This document shows positions 29,001 through 37,051 of a stretch of 64,000 nt of DNA, one piece after another (position 1 is the first letter of the stretch; every line of letters begins with the position of its first letter). The DNA is from Candidatus Bathyarchaeia archaeon. GTDB taxonomy: Archaea; Thermoproteota; Bathyarchaeia; 40CM-2-53-6. A model generated the notes under the pieces. The model searched no databases, was not told the DNA's origin, and saw only the letters and a program-made list of their open reading frames with translations. The stretch spans positions 224,001-288,000 of the forward strand of contig JBEKFP010000001.1 of assembly GCA_050013255.1 (NCBI GenBank), given 5' to 3'. The position numbers were made by a program, and so were the translations under genes.

Positions 29001-30278
29001 AGAAAGTGGGGAGAAAGAGAAGACAAGAATGACCGAGAATACAGAGACGGAAATGCCCCAATTCATATGGATTTTGGCAATTACACGATGGGGCGTCTGG
29101 TCAAGGACAGAAGTAACTACGACTTTGACAATACTGAGTACAAGACCGTACGCGGAAACATATTTTGGCGAATCTACGATCTTGGATACTCGCTTGAGAG
29201 ATTTGGGGAAGTCGACAGACTCATTAATCGAATGAATTGGGGATACGGTAGAGGCGAGAACGGCGGGAAAATAGATCGCTACGGAAAGAAATACTCATGG
29301 ATAGCATTTTTCGAACTTGCCGGATTGAGGCAGGACAGAAAACTCCTACCGGACGATTATGGTTTTCCACGAATTTCTAGTTGCGATATCGATCCGAGCT
29401 TTCCTAAAGATATCCAACAATATCAAGTTCCGCTAGACGACTTCTTGGAAATCACGTCCATTTCATCTCAGGAATGGATAGAGAAAACAACCGCGCCTAA
29501 CATAAGCTCCGCCCTCATAATCCCGAAGATTCTCGGAAATGATGGTCCATGGGTTTTGCTAGACGGTTTTATCGTGCAAGAGGATTTGGAGGCAAATCGA
29601 GACTGCTTTTTGCACCCGCGATGTTTTCTGATTCAGAATTCCGATTTAGAGGAATTTGTGACTCTGCTCAAGAGAAACTCCCAAGCTTGGATTCCAGACA
29701 TACCAAAAGACTACTACACATATGCAGGCGAAATTCCATGGTGCGACACATTTCCCAACAATGGTCAAGATGAGATGGAACTCACGGTCAAGACAAAGAA
29801 AGAAGTTCGCCCAATGGCGTCGCGTGTAGAATCAGGATTTGTAATCAAAGAACAGGAAGTTGAAGTCCCAAGCGAAGTTCGGAAATTTGCTGTGTTTCTT
29901 CCAGTTAGATACAATTGCTATGAATCTTACCACAGCGAAGTCAATCCCAGTCGTTCCGTACTAGTTCCTGCAAAGGAGATCTCTCAAATCTTTAAGGTAT
30001 GTTCTCAGGCCCAAACTTTCGATATGCATGAGAAAAAAGGAAAAAAAGCGTCGATCACCGTCAGTTGGGGTAAGGAATATCACGATTCCCAGCTAGTCTT
30101 TTTGCGCCAAGATCTGCTGGACGGATATCTGGGAGGATGGAGTATGTCACTAGTATGGGTAATTAGTGGCGAAAGACGACTTTGGTCAGAAGAAAAAGAT
30201 ACTATTGGACTTGGAAGGTCGATCGAGAAGTATGCCCCATTTTTCCATGTCTTGAGCTACACGCCCAAGAAGACGTGA
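26055..30278 (+). CDS. Avs (AVAST)-like antiviral STAND NTPase with an N-terminal PD-(D/E)xK nuclease, Avs2-like
   Basis: FEELC...GDGVE...GWQAK nuclease, GGPGVGKT Walker A, VIDGLNE Walker B, NDPY..ER, RDYAR, RYGKKYSWIA and DIDPS segments. Confidence 0.75.
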   Translation: MLDWSKLKPYHNNKHLSFEELCYQTAKCLFQDHFTRIDDTGGGDGVEFYRVLPEGDEWGWQAKFYYPQARLNLSNRKASIEESLISSCKKHPRLKKWILCTPTNLTPEESTWFSQELKKKIPTNMTVELEHWGDGEFNDWTRHPHFGGIRHYFFGELEFTMDWFKKRFEEISPIYKDKFNPALHTPTIFDSHIQNTLCELTLTQELHEIVEYIRTKIQEYVKTVDDLKKPLPMHIDWGTVKSVLIAALEPNASVAKDALARLKKVCEFLDQGLIDEIRSWNLNETEDFLKVIVQSSESCEKACSGFDENALTYTGEERERVRALGEASQMVRQPIRLAAVLADSFSDFTRVLRAVTRSNLNILGGPGVGKTHLVSHVVDERIRRELPAILVPGSRFMSQQPISQQLLQMLDIPANYSWDDFLSALDCSAQAYGTRVPLVIDGLNEAIASGTLSEIWKRELPVLINQIKQLKNIVLITTCRTSYEKGVWPDDALPNRLYLRGWSPENLEAAIHKYFDWYKISGDLTTSSLRQFQNPIYLKIFCEANNAERRQEKEVYVGEETLFEVFKVWLNQCSQSICDRLNLHTSVSVAQDSIRKIALRIWEKHVRELPIAELAEIVDNTPLKELQWNQSWTKAVLDEGLLVCRDLRDQGEVAYFTYDLLGGYVIAHSLVEKEKNSLDSFLKSNEVTNKLFSDDYRNLHPLYEDISRSLAVVLPVTTGRFLHQVREDEKPFNFSIAAIFELPPSVVSNGCVELIAKLFDDERNRKYLISLAASTMTQTQHPLNAVFWSKRLLELPMAERDTCWTEYVRENEEQLQSTVVRFERLCMDRDASSPVAKERCHLMAQQLMWTLTSTARTLRDKTTRALYWYGRWMPDRFFDLVLSSLEVNDPYISERMLAATYGVAMARQIEFTDNTFTTVTLPRYGKELYEVMFGEKAPHRTTHILMRDYARRTIELALIHHPDLLSSEQQQRIRPPFSEEGIRKWGEREDKNDREYRDGNAPIHMDFGNYTMGRLVKDRSNYDFDNTEYKTVRGNIFWRIYDLGYSLERFGEVDRLINRMNWGYGRGENGGKIDRYGKKYSWIAFFELAGLRQDRKLLPDDYGFPRISSCDIDPSFPKDIQQYQVPLDDFLEITSISSQEWIEKTTAPNISSALIIPKILGNDGPWVLLDGFIVQEDLEANRDCFLHPRCFLIQNSDLEEFVTLLKRNSQAWIPDIPKDYYTYAGEIPWCDTFPNNGQDEMELTVKTKKEVRPMASRVESGFVIKEQEVEVPSEVRKFAVFLPVRYNCYESYHSEVNPSRSVLVPAKEISQIFKVCSQAQTFDMHEKKGKKASITVSWGKEYHDSQLVFLRQDLLDGYLGGWSMSLVWVISGERRLWSEEKDTIGLGRSIEKYAPFFHVLSYTPKKT

Positions 30279-30422
30279 TTGAATTCCAAGGGACACTGGG
30301 TTCTGCTAGGAATACGCGAAATATTCCTTGGACAGAACCTATGATGCCTGCACGTGGACTTCCACGTCTAAACCATCGATTACACGTGGCCATCAGAAAA
30401 TGAGCCTTATGTAATATCCCCA

Positions 30423-30452
30423 GTCAGCTGGTGCGGGCAATGGAAATTGAAC
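30423..30452 (-). repeat. tRNA 3'-end-derived repeat (T-loop, acceptor, CCA plus GCTGAC)
   Basis: Reverse complement GTTCAATT TCCAT TGCCCGC A CCA GCTGAC. Confidence 0.7.
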
Positions 30453-30590
30453 TTAGCCCATCAGTCCTACTGACAGGAGAAGTTTAGTCTAAGATATGCG
30501 CTATGTAAGTTCATGAGCCATTTGTCTGATTAGAGGAGCTCGCGAGAAGGCGAACATCCTGTGTTCGCGGAGCCGAGCACAACAGCTATG

Positions 30591-30615
30591 GAGGGTTCGA
30601 ATCCCACCCATCGCA
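30591..30615 (+). pseudogene. tRNA 3' fragment (T arm plus acceptor strand)
   Basis: GAGGG TTCGAAT CCCAC CCATCGC A; no matching 5' half. Confidence 0.55.
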
Positions 30616-30674
30616 AGAACGATGCGTCCCCCCTTGTAGGGGGGCGGTGCTAGAAAAATAGGAACCACGTAGGC

Positions 30675-30727
30675 GCTATCAATTCAATCAGTTGGCAGAG
30701 ATTCTATAAGGAAGGGGAGCGACCGCT
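30675..30727 (+). repeat. ~52-bp direct repeat, copy 2 (contains the promoter of the zinc-ribbon gene)
   Basis: Matches 19045-19096 with 3 substitutions and a 1-nt indel. Confidence 0.85.
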
Positions 30728-30735
30728 ATCATTGA

Positions 30736-30930
30736 ATGGTCATGCAAGCTGGTCCGCAAAGGCCGGGCATTGTGTTTTGCAGCAACTGTGGAATGAACAA
30801 TCCGACGGGGAACAAGTACTGTTACGGTTGCGGTAAGTCCCTTTTCAGCATAACCTGTTCCTACTGCAGTACCATCAATCCCCAGTACGCCCACTTCTGT
30901 GGGTCGTGTGGTCGAGCCCTAGCCCGCTAG
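30736..30930 (+). CDS. Double zinc-ribbon protein
   Basis: Four CxxC knuckles (CSNCG, CYGCG, CSYC, CGSCG). Confidence 0.75.
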   Translation: MVMQAGPQRPGIVFCSNCGMNNPTGNKYCYGCGKSLFSITCSYCSTINPQYAHFCGSCGRALAR

Positions 30931-30983
30931 ATTGATCAAGCGCCCCCTTTCAACCGGTCTCGATAATGTTCCCGAAACTTCCT
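30930..30983 (-). repeat. Duplicated msrA 3' end (54 bp)
   Basis: 48/54 identical to 31953-32006; encodes RKFREHYRDRLKGGA* versus RKFREHYRERLKVGN*. Confidence 0.9.
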
Positions 30984-31110
30984 TACCGACGAACCCGAAT
31001 CCTCAGCCACACGCTCTAGAGCATTGAAATCGGGCCCAATGGCTTCGGAGTAGCCTCGGCGAGTGTTCAACTCCCCACACCAATAATCCTGAACGAGCAA
31101 CGCTTATAGG

Positions 31111-31132
31111 GCGTAAACAAGATCGTTTACGC
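31111..31132. promoter_or_regulatory. Toxin-antitoxin operator inverted repeat
   Basis: GCGTAAAC-N6-GTTTACGC between the CTTATA box and the ATG. Confidence 0.65.
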
Positions 31133-31135
31133 GTC

Positions 31136-31363
31136 ATGACAACAGTTCAGGTTCAGGTCAGGGTGCCGAGGAAAGTGGTCCAAGAAATAGATAGGTGGAT
31201 AGCAGAAGGTCGGTTTGCTAACAGAAGCGAGGCCATCAAGACGGTCCTAACACTTTACGAGGAAAGAGAGAACACGAGAAAGTTCTACCAGACCATCCTC
31301 AAGCGCAGTGAGCAAGCGAAGAAGAAACCTGACTCACTAATTCCCCTCGAAGAGATTTCTTGA
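31136..31363 (+). CDS. RHH (CopG/ParD-like) antitoxin
   Basis: VQVRVP...IDRWIAEGRFANRSEAIK. Confidence 0.85.
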   Translation: MTTVQVQVRVPRKVVQEIDRWIAEGRFANRSEAIKTVLTLYEERENTRKFYQTILKRSEQAKKKPDSLIPLEEIS

Positions 31364-31629
31364 CCTATCAGGTCCTCCTTCACCCCAAATCAGCCAAGTT
31401 CCTCTCGGGATTGGCGGAACCTTTGCGAACGAGAATCAAAGACGCGTTGAGAGAATTGCGGGATTCTCCTGAAACGAAGGGTGAACGCCTATCTCCCTCT
31501 GCGTTCTGGCGAATCAGAGTCGGCGACTACAGAGGGATCTATGAGATAGATAGAAAAGACAAGAGAGTAATTGTCCTGCACATTGGACACAGAGGCAGGG
31601 TATACGATGACTTCAGTCGTCTCCTCTGA
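31360..31629 (+). CDS. RelE/ParE family toxin
   Basis: WRIRVGDYRGIYEID...IGHRGRVY. Confidence 0.92.
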   Translation: MTYQVLLHPKSAKFLSGLAEPLRTRIKDALRELRDSPETKGERLSPSAFWRIRVGDYRGIYEIDRKDKRVIVLHIGHRGRVYDDFSRLL

Positions 31630-31670
31630 TCTGTTCGGAAGTTCGGGAGTGCGATAAGATGAGCTCAGAT

Positions 31671-31696
31671 GGTTCGTGGGTTCGAATCCCAACCGG
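31671..31696 (+). pseudogene. tRNA T-arm fragment
   Basis: GGTTCGTGGG TTCGAAT CCCA ACCGG. Confidence 0.45.
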
Positions 31697-31746
31697 AAAC
31701 TCTCACCAGAACAGTATCGAATCTCGACTTCCCATGAAAGTGAAAT

Positions 31747-31989
31747 GTGGCCAGGCGAGTTGAGTTGAAGAAGAAGCGGTTCTTCGTTGCAATCGATTTC
31801 TCGAGGTACAAGGGCAGATACGTTGCCGTGGTCGGAAAGAGAGTCGTTGCAAGCGGAACCAACGCGAAACAAGTGTGGTTAGAGGCCAAAAGGAAGAATC
31901 CTAAAGCTCGACCCGAGCTTCACAAGGTCCCGAAGGACGAGACGCTCGTGTTGATTGATCAATTGCCTACTTTCAACCGTTCTCGGTAA
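31747..31989 (+). CDS. DUF5678-like small protein
   Basis: YKGRYVAVVGKRVVASG motif; 3' end runs into the msrA repeat. Confidence 0.65.
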   Translation: MARRVELKKKRFFVAIDFSRYKGRYVAVVGKRVVASGTNAKQVWLEAKRKNPKARPELHKVPKDETLVLIDQLPTFNRSR

Positions 31990-32519
31990 TGTTCCCGAAA
32001 CTTCCTAACTTTGGGCGCAATTACAATTTGGCAGTATTGTTGCCTTGGGTTATTCTCGAAGTATTTCTGGTGGTAGTCCTCGGCCTTGTAGAAGGCTTTC
32101 AACGGTTCGACTTGCGTAACGATCGGCGCATCCCAAATCCCGGCCGCCGTGATTCCCTTGATCACATGTTCGGCGACCACCCTCTGTTCGCTATTATGGT
32201 AGAAAATGACGGAACGGTACTGAGTGCCCACGTCAGCCCCCTGCCGGTTTAGAGTTGTAGGGTCGTGTACGGTGAAGAAGACCTCGAGGATTTCCTTGTA
32301 TGAAATTACCTCAGGATTAAAGGTCACTTGCGCTACTTCAGCGTGCCCAGTTCTCCCCGTGCAGACCTGTTCGTAGCTTGGATTTGCAATCGTCCCCCCA
32401 GAATATCCGGGCTCTACCTTCACGACGCCCTTCAAGCCACTGAAAACTGCTTCCGTACACCAGAAACAGCCGCCCCCGAGAGTAGCTACTTCATCACTCA
32501 TGCTTTCCTTTTGGGGCAA
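31959..32519 (-). CDS. msrA: Peptide methionine sulfoxide reductase A
   Basis: GGGCFWC, GHAE, HDPT, AEDYHQ motifs. Confidence 0.96.
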   Translation of the reverse strand: MPQKESMSDEVATLGGGCFWCTEAVFSGLKGVVKVEPGYSGGTIANPSYEQVCTGRTGHAEVAQVTFNPEVISYKEILEVFFTVHDPTTLNRQGADVGTQYRSVIFYHNSEQRVVAEHVIKGITAAGIWDAPIVTQVEPLKAFYKAEDYHQKYFENNPRQQYCQIVIAPKVRKFREHYRERLKVGN

Positions 32520-32672
32520 TCATGACGTATAAACTCGAACTTTTGACATCAATGATTAGAATCTCAAAAGGTAGCTCGATACGATTCTGGAAGGGGTCTC
32601 TCGCAAATTGAACTCGTTATGATCCAAGCGACTCAGTTCTTTGATACCAAGTCAATATCTAGGGTTGGTTGA

Positions 32673-33113
32673 ATGGCATATTCAGTGAAGGTGCTTCCTA
32701 TGGCTGGGTTGTTTAGTGTTCTTTTGCCTTACACTGCCTATCTTGCATTGTTATTGCGAGTTTGGGTTGGAGCCAACTTTGTTGCTCACGGTTATCCTAA
32801 ACTGGGCAAGGCGAAGGCGCAGACGCTTCAATGGACTAAGAGCCTAGGAGTTCCAACAATAGCGACCTACCTGGCGATAATTCTGGAGTTCTTTGGTGGA
32901 TTATCTTTGATCATTGGATTCATTGTGCCAATTGTTGCGTTTTTCATCGCACTGGAAATGGTCGGTGCTATACTCCTGAAGAAAACTAAGATGAAGGCGC
33001 CCTACATGGGTCAAAATTCGTATGAGATTGACATAACGTACCTTATGCTCGCCATCGCTCTCTTGGTGCTTGGGGCGGGCCTACTTTCAGTTGACTCTTT
33101 CCTTGGACTTTAG
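32673..33113 (+). CDS. DoxX family membrane protein
   Basis: LLRVWVG...HGYPKL, EFFGG, YE motifs; 4 TM helices. Confidence 0.85.
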   Translation: MAYSVKVLPMAGLFSVLLPYTAYLALLLRVWVGANFVAHGYPKLGKAKAQTLQWTKSLGVPTIATYLAIILEFFGGLSLIIGFIVPIVAFFIALEMVGAILLKKTKMKAPYMGQNSYEIDITYLMLAIALLVLGAGLLSVDSFLGL

Positions 33114-33216
33114 GGAAATGAATGAGTCAGGCTGCTATGACTGGTGTAGAACGGCGTGAGTCGATTTGGGTCATAAGAAGACGGAGACCACTTTGGTCGC
33201 GCACTTCCTAACGATG

Positions 33217-33262
33217 ACGGTTCAAATTCCGTTGCCCGCACCAGCTGACCCGTACACACGAA
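33217..33262 (+). repeat. tRNA 3'-end-derived repeat
   Basis: GGTTCAAAT TCCGT TGCCCGC A CCA GCTGACCCGTACACACGAA. Confidence 0.75.
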
Positions 33263-33357
33263 AAGTCATATTTCCGTCGCCGCTGCGAGTGAGAAAGTAA
33301 CACACGGCAACTGTTAGAAGTAATACATGAAAGTGTTGGGGCGTAGTTGGAATACGC

Positions 33358-33828
33358 ATGATGAGGAAGGTAGAGCCTGGAAGTTTTGTTGACTGCGTAG
33401 AATCGGTAATGGTTAGCCCCGTTGAAACCGTGAAACCGACCGACCTTCTTCAATACGCGCTGAAGAGGATCGTCAAGAAGAACATCGGGTGTGTGGTGGT
33501 TGTCGAAGGTAAGAAGCCTGTAGGAATTGTCACGGAACGTGATGTGTCTCGAAGAGTTGCGAAGAGTTCGAAGCTTCTGGTAACTCAAGTGAGACGAGTC
33601 ATGTCAAGTCCGCTTATTACTGCAACCCGGGGTACTCCTATCGACAAAGCCGTCTATCTTATGGCTAAGCACGGTATCCGAAGGCTCCCAGTCATCGATA
33701 GAGAGGAACTGGTCGGTCTCGTTTCGGAACGTGACTTGCTACGATGGATGCTTCAAGTGAGCTACGAGCCTCAGGTTCCAATCGAAATCAGACAAATCCT
33801 AGCGAGGAGAGCTGAAGCGAAAACCTAG
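33358..33828 (+). CDS. CBS domain pair protein
   Basis: PVGIVTERD, IRRLPV, LVGLVSERD motifs. Confidence 0.9.
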   Translation: MMRKVEPGSFVDCVESVMVSPVETVKPTDLLQYALKRIVKKNIGCVVVVEGKKPVGIVTERDVSRRVAKSSKLLVTQVRRVMSSPLITATRGTPIDKAVYLMAKHGIRRLPVIDREELVGLVSERDLLRWMLQVSYEPQVPIEIRQILARRAEAKT

Positions 33829-33865
33829 CTTAGCGTAGGTGGCTACATACATTTGCTGGGCCTTT

Positions 33866-33899
33866 GTGTGTGGGTCAGCTGGTGCGCACACACACGAAA
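33866..33899 (-). repeat. Truncated tRNA-end repeat forming a hairpin
   Basis: GTGTGTG GGTCAGCTGGTGCG CACACAC ACGAAA. Confidence 0.65.
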
Positions 33900-34186
33900 T
33901 GCCTATTCAGGCTGTATGAGGTGTAGAATGCGGAACAGTCACTCACTCTTTTTGTTCAGCTGAATCCGATTAAGCGGAACAACGGCACTCGCACTCAATC
34001 AACTATCTGTATTGGCGTCCACGATACAGGGTGCTCTGAATAGGCATCCGCCGATGCCGAACAACCGACACGAACAGTCATAAACCGAACAGAGCCCGCA
34101 TTGCCCGGTTCTTTTGCGTTCGAAATCGCTGCCGGCATTGAGTGGACATCCAGAAATAGTCTCTTCGTGTTCGAGTTTGGTTCGGG

Positions 34187-35386
34187 GTGTATCCGACGAG
34201 CCCAATTGCTCGGCCTAGTTTGTTCAGGGGGGAGATCTTACTCCTGATAATAGTGGACGGGCTTTTCGGGTTCGCGGTTGGCTTCAGCTCTCCCTCCGTC
34301 GCGCCGTTAATCGTCGCCATCGGGGTTAGCATAACATTCGTGGGTCAAGCACAAACCATCGGAGGCCTGGGCGCCACATTTCTTCGCTTGCCCATTGGTG
34401 TCTTGATTGATCGAATTGGGCGAAAACCCTTCATTCTCATAGGGGGACTCGTGACGCTGGTTGGTTTCTTTTCGTACTCTTTCGCCACATACTGGGTTCT
34501 GTTGGGCGCGGGCATCGTGCTAGTGAGTTTGGACCAGGCTATTCGCGGGACAGCTTCGTACGCGGCGCTCGGCCACGCAACCACAACGCAGGGACTTGGA
34601 AAGATTTTCAGCATTGACCTTGGCGTAACTGAAACGGCCGCCACACTGGCACCACTCCTTGGGGGTTTCTTAGCGACCGCGATGGGTCTCCCAAGACAAA
34701 TAATTTTCACAACTTCCGCCGCTCTCGTTGCAACTGCTCTCGGGATCGTGGTTCTGGGCTACAAACCAGAGCGAATCCAGCGAACCGAAGCCGCAGCCGG
34801 GTCTTGGTGGGGGTTCCTACGCCCCGACAAAAGCCTCATACCTTTGCTGGTGGTAGTGGCGCTCGATTCAGTCGCATGGAGAATCAGCTTCCCCTTCTGG
34901 GCGTTGTATATTTTCAAAGAGATGAAATCTACCCAAGAACAGTTAGGGATAGCATTGGCAATCTCCGCTGGAATTCCAGCGCTGACGGGTTTCACGTTGG
35001 GTTCCAAGCTCGACAAGCTCGGCGGGAGGCCTTTTCTGGCGGCTAGTGAATGGTCCGCCATTGGTTGTTTTCTGCCGCTTTTGTTGGGTTGGAGACCTGA
35101 GTTCGCGTACATATCCGCCGTATTCGCTGGTTTCGTCTACAGCTTATGGATGCCCGCCCTAAACGCTCACATTGTTCTACATTACGGGCGAGAGAGATAC
35201 GGTCAGACGTTTGGGATACTGGCGCTCGTTGCCGGCATGGCATCAGCCGTGTCCCCAATCCTGGGTGGGTGGATGTGGGACAACATATCACCACAATCCC
35301 CCTTCATACTCAACCTAGTCCTAGCCATCATAATCGGTTTCATAATCTGGTTCAAAATCAAAGAACCAACTCCAGCGGTGACCTAG
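34187..35386 (+). CDS. MFS transporter
   Basis: About 12 TM helices, G.LIDRIGRK motif A; start uncertain. Confidence 0.88.
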   Translation: MYPTSPIARPSLFRGEILLLIIVDGLFGFAVGFSSPSVAPLIVAIGVSITFVGQAQTIGGLGATFLRLPIGVLIDRIGRKPFILIGGLVTLVGFFSYSFATYWVLLGAGIVLVSLDQAIRGTASYAALGHATTTQGLGKIFSIDLGVTETAATLAPLLGGFLATAMGLPRQIIFTTSAALVATALGIVVLGYKPERIQRTEAAAGSWWGFLRPDKSLIPLLVVVALDSVAWRISFPFWALYIFKEMKSTQEQLGIALAISAGIPALTGFTLGSKLDKLGGRPFLAASEWSAIGCFLPLLLGWRPEFAYISAVFAGFVYSLWMPALNAHIVLHYGRERYGQTFGILALVAGMASAVSPILGGWMWDNISPQSPFILNLVLAIIIGFIIWFKIKEPTPAVT

Positions 35387-35482
35387 GAAGCGAGCACGTG
35401 CGGTCAGACACGTGTGGTACCCTTGGTGCGCGCCCCCCAAAATAATGAACGAACGATCGTCTGTGGATTGTTGTTAGTTGTT

Positions 35483-35519
35483 GTGTGTGGGTCAGCTGGT
35501 GCGGGCAAGGGAATTTGAA
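35483..35519 (-). repeat. tRNA 3'-end-derived repeat
   Basis: Reverse complement TTCAAAT TCCCT TGCCCGC A CCA GCTGACCCACACAC. Confidence 0.75.
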
Positions 35520-35599
35520 TTGTCGTCCTTCGTCGTTAGCAAAAGCGTGTGTGAGCCTAGTCGTTTCGGGCCATGTAGACGAATGGATCGTACCACGAT

Positions 35600-37042
35600 T
35601 TAAGAAGCGGCCGGGAGGCCGGCGAGTGTTCGGGCTAGGTCTTTCTTTCTTTCCAGGTCAGCTAGTTGTTTTATCGTCATTTGCGCGGCTGCAGGGGAGC
35701 CGCCGCCGTGCATGCAGAGCGCGCCTAGTCTCCCCGGGCCGGCAACCATGCTCTCGATGAGCCTAGCCACCCTCAACCTCTTTTCCGCCGTAACTCCATG
35801 CGAGCCACGATAGTACTTTTCCACCAGCGGGCCTATCTTCGGGTTTTTCAAATCGAGTTCGGATGGCATGGAGGATATCATTCCGCCGCCGATGTCTTCA
35901 GCTATCTTCTGAATCTCGTACGGGAGCCTTGTCACACTGATCTTGGTGACGTTGGCTAGGAGGGGGTCGGGGAACCATACGCCAGATGGCGTTGGCTGAC
36001 CCTCGTAAGCAGCACCTAAGGCTTGTGAGTATAAGGCCTCGGATAGGTACGTCATTTCAGCCAACCGGTCGGAGAGTTGCCTAGACAACCCATTGTATTC
36101 AGCCAGAAGTGCGCCAGCCCCAGTTAACACGTCACCACAACCCGCCAAACAACCGCCCAACACCATTCTATGGAGCAAAACGAACTTGGTCACGACATCC
36201 ACAGCGAAGTCGCACTCCCCGTTCATGAAAACGCGTTCTTTGGGAACGAAGACATCATCGAAAACCACGAGCGATTCGGATGAGCCGAAGTTAACGTTCC
36301 CCTTATCGAACCCTCCCTCCAATTTCCTTTCCCCGCCCGGCTGCATGTCAACAACTTGCATCACACCCTCCGCGTTCATTGGCACAGCGAAGGCGACGGC
36401 GTGCTCCTTCTCAGCTTCAGCGAACCCCGTGCCTGGTTGAACGATGATCTCGTGCGAGCCTATTGCGCCGCCAATCATACTCTTGGCGCCCCGCACTACG
36501 ATTCCTTTCTTATTCTCGTCCACTACTCTGAGGTAAACATCCTTGTCAGGTTGGTGTTTCGGTTTCAGGGACCGGTTGCCTTTCGGGTCTGTCAACGCGC
36601 CTGCGCAGGTTAGGTCTTTGCCTTGCACCATCTCGGCGTATCGTTTCAGCCGCTTGTGGTAGTCCGTGCCGAGTTGGGCGTCCATTTCATATGTTGAGTG
36701 CCAAAGCGCGTTGAGGGCGTCCCAACCACAGCAACGGCTCGCTGTACAGACTCCCGTCCATTGACAAACAAGTCGCGCCGCCTTAACGCGGTTTACCAGA
36801 TCCTCCCTGGACCTATGGATTGAGCAGTATGCGCTGATTTTCGACCCGGCTTCACCTGTTCTCGTTAGGAGGCTGTCGTACCTGGGCTGTTTGGAAAGGT
36901 TGTAGATTTCACCAATCCCTTCTAACGCCAGGCGTGTGAACGTGTTTTTTGTTACGTCTTGAATGCGGTCGCCGCGCATGTAGGCCTCAGACTTTAGCCG
37001 CTTCATGCTCTGGATGTATTGTTGTTTAGACTTTAGGACCAT
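35600..37042 (-). CDS. 4-hydroxybutyryl-CoA dehydratase-like protein (HpaB/AbfD family)
   Basis: TDPKGNRS, IVVRGAK, VFDDVFVP.ERVF, HR....GC and HGGGSP motifs. Confidence 0.85.
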   Translation of the reverse strand: MVLKSKQQYIQSMKRLKSEAYMRGDRIQDVTKNTFTRLALEGIGEIYNLSKQPRYDSLLTRTGEAGSKISAYCSIHRSREDLVNRVKAARLVCQWTGVCTASRCCGWDALNALWHSTYEMDAQLGTDYHKRLKRYAEMVQGKDLTCAGALTDPKGNRSLKPKHQPDKDVYLRVVDENKKGIVVRGAKSMIGGAIGSHEIIVQPGTGFAEAEKEHAVAFAVPMNAEGVMQVVDMQPGGERKLEGGFDKGNVNFGSSESLVVFDDVFVPKERVFMNGECDFAVDVVTKFVLLHRMVLGGCLAGCGDVLTGAGALLAEYNGLSRQLSDRLAEMTYLSEALYSQALGAAYEGQPTPSGVWFPDPLLANVTKISVTRLPYEIQKIAEDIGGGMISSMPSELDLKNPKIGPLVEKYYRGSHGVTAEKRLRVARLIESMVAGPGRLGALCMHGGGSPAAAQMTIKQLADLERKKDLARTLAGLPAAS

Positions 37043-37051
37043 GTAGAACCC

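Larger units (their letters stand above)
19045..30727. mobile_element. Degraded provirus/defence island bounded by direct repeats
   Basis: Terminase genes, a TA pair and a STAND NTPase between ~52-bp repeats; no integrase, portal or capsid gene visible. Confidence 0.6.

Noticed and set aside
33999-34205. Cys-rich 68-aa ORF on the - strand
   Set aside because: Overlaps the MFS start region, has no recognisable motif, and lies in repeat debris
30423-35519. CRISPR array or intact tRNA genes
   Set aside because: Repeats are irregularly spaced, in both orientations and separated by genes; no fragment has a 5' acceptor strand, D arm or anticodon arm
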